Shown: piece after piece, positions 61,323 through 64,000 of the stretch
Position numbering within the stretch: the first letter of the stretch is position 1
How the letters are laid out: each line of letters starts with the position of its first letter
Program-made: the position numbers and the translations under genes
Notes under the pieces: model-generated
The model's database searches: none
Told to the model about the DNA's origin: nothing
Seen by the model: only the letters and a program-made list of their open reading frames with translations
NCBI RefSeq assembly: GCF_009914755.1
Contig: NC_060930.1
Length of the DNA: 64,000 bases
Direction: 5' to 3' (one strand)
From: the human T2T-CHM13v2.0 reference genome, Homo sapiens

Positions 61323-61914
61323 TGTGGTAACATGTGGGTACTCCCCATGGTTCATTTCTAAAGTTTTTGTTTTTCAAGCTGTGTTAATTTTTCAATCTTG
61401 AGCTTATGGCCAGTGAGGGGACTGGCACAAACAAAAGCATATAGACATACATAAATACACCACAATGAACATGCACATGCACACACTCACACACATACAC
61501 ACACACATCTGATACAGAGAGAGGACCTAATACTTTTAGTTGCCTTCTCTGAGATTTTCTGTGTGTGTGTATGTGTTTTGCATTTTCGCCACAATATGTA
61601 TAGCTGGGTTTTTCTTCTTATTCAACATGGTTTTTTTCAATATGTTTTTTTCATTTTGAATATAAAATTTTTTCATTAATTCTGGAAAATTCTCATTCAT
61701 TTTCTTTTCCTCATTGCTTCTAATTTTTTTTTAAGTTGAACATTTTCATTCTGTTATCTATGTGCCTTTTTTCCAATTCTCATATTGCCTTTCCAGTCTG
61801 TGTTCCATTTTGAGTAATCTCAGATATATATTCCAATTCATTAGTACCTTTTCATCTAAGACTAATTTAGTCTTTAACATCTATTGAGTTTTTAATTTTA
61901 AGAACTTTGGTTTT

Positions 61915-63625
<1,711 letters not shown>

Positions 63626-64000
63626 AAATGATTTTTATTTCCAGTTGTATTTACTTATTTTCTTGTCATTTCTAATACTGGTAGTTTTTATCTTATTTAT
63701 CTTGTGGTCACTATTCTCACTTTTGTCTCTAGCCAAATTACCTCATGTTCTTGAAGTATTAATTCTCCTGTTGCTACATTTTTTGGTTTTAAAATCCATC
63801 AGATGGTTTTTATTTTGAACTCTAGAATTTTGCAGATCATACTTGGGTTCACCAAAACTGTAAACATAAATATTTCAATCATTAAAACTTTAAAAGAAGA
63901 ACAGCAACAAATCTCTGTATCTATTAAGAAAATGGCTAGCAGAAGGAGACAGTCATTCCCTGAATTCTAAGCCACTAATGGCTTTAATATACTGGATCTT

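Overview
This is AT-rich, repeat-dominated primate genomic DNA (AluY, L1PA, LTR7, THE1 and MLT2A1 are present, so human or a related catarrhine). I found no host protein-coding exon, RNA gene or CpG island, so it is probably intergenic or deep intronic. All long ORFs are decayed LINE-1 ORF2 or endogenous retrovirus remnants. Main elements: a two-LTR class III provirus (LTR47/ERVL47-like, 880-6454) nested in an old L1MC; a 3.9-kb L1PA with a 5' micro-inversion and perfect 16-bp TSD; a truncated HERVL/MLT2A1; solo LTRs (LTR1, MER4A with nested MER61, LTR7, MER67-like, MLT1/2, MST, THE1); four full Alus; many L2/MIR/L1M relics. I see no convincing new multi-gene system. The strongest signals are structural: (i) a 34-bp perfect inverted copy of a local L1 segment at an MST breakpoint (57565-57598); (ii) an L1PA 3' transduction with a hairpin micro-inversion inside one 14-bp TSD (19311-20564); (iii) an 87-bp locally templated insertion in the proviral 3' LTR; (iv) an env-like signal/MPER/TM relic in a class III ERV; (v) a consensus DUX4 site in MLT2A1. 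Repeat subfamily names come from recalled consensus sequences and need RepeatMasker/Dfam confirmation.
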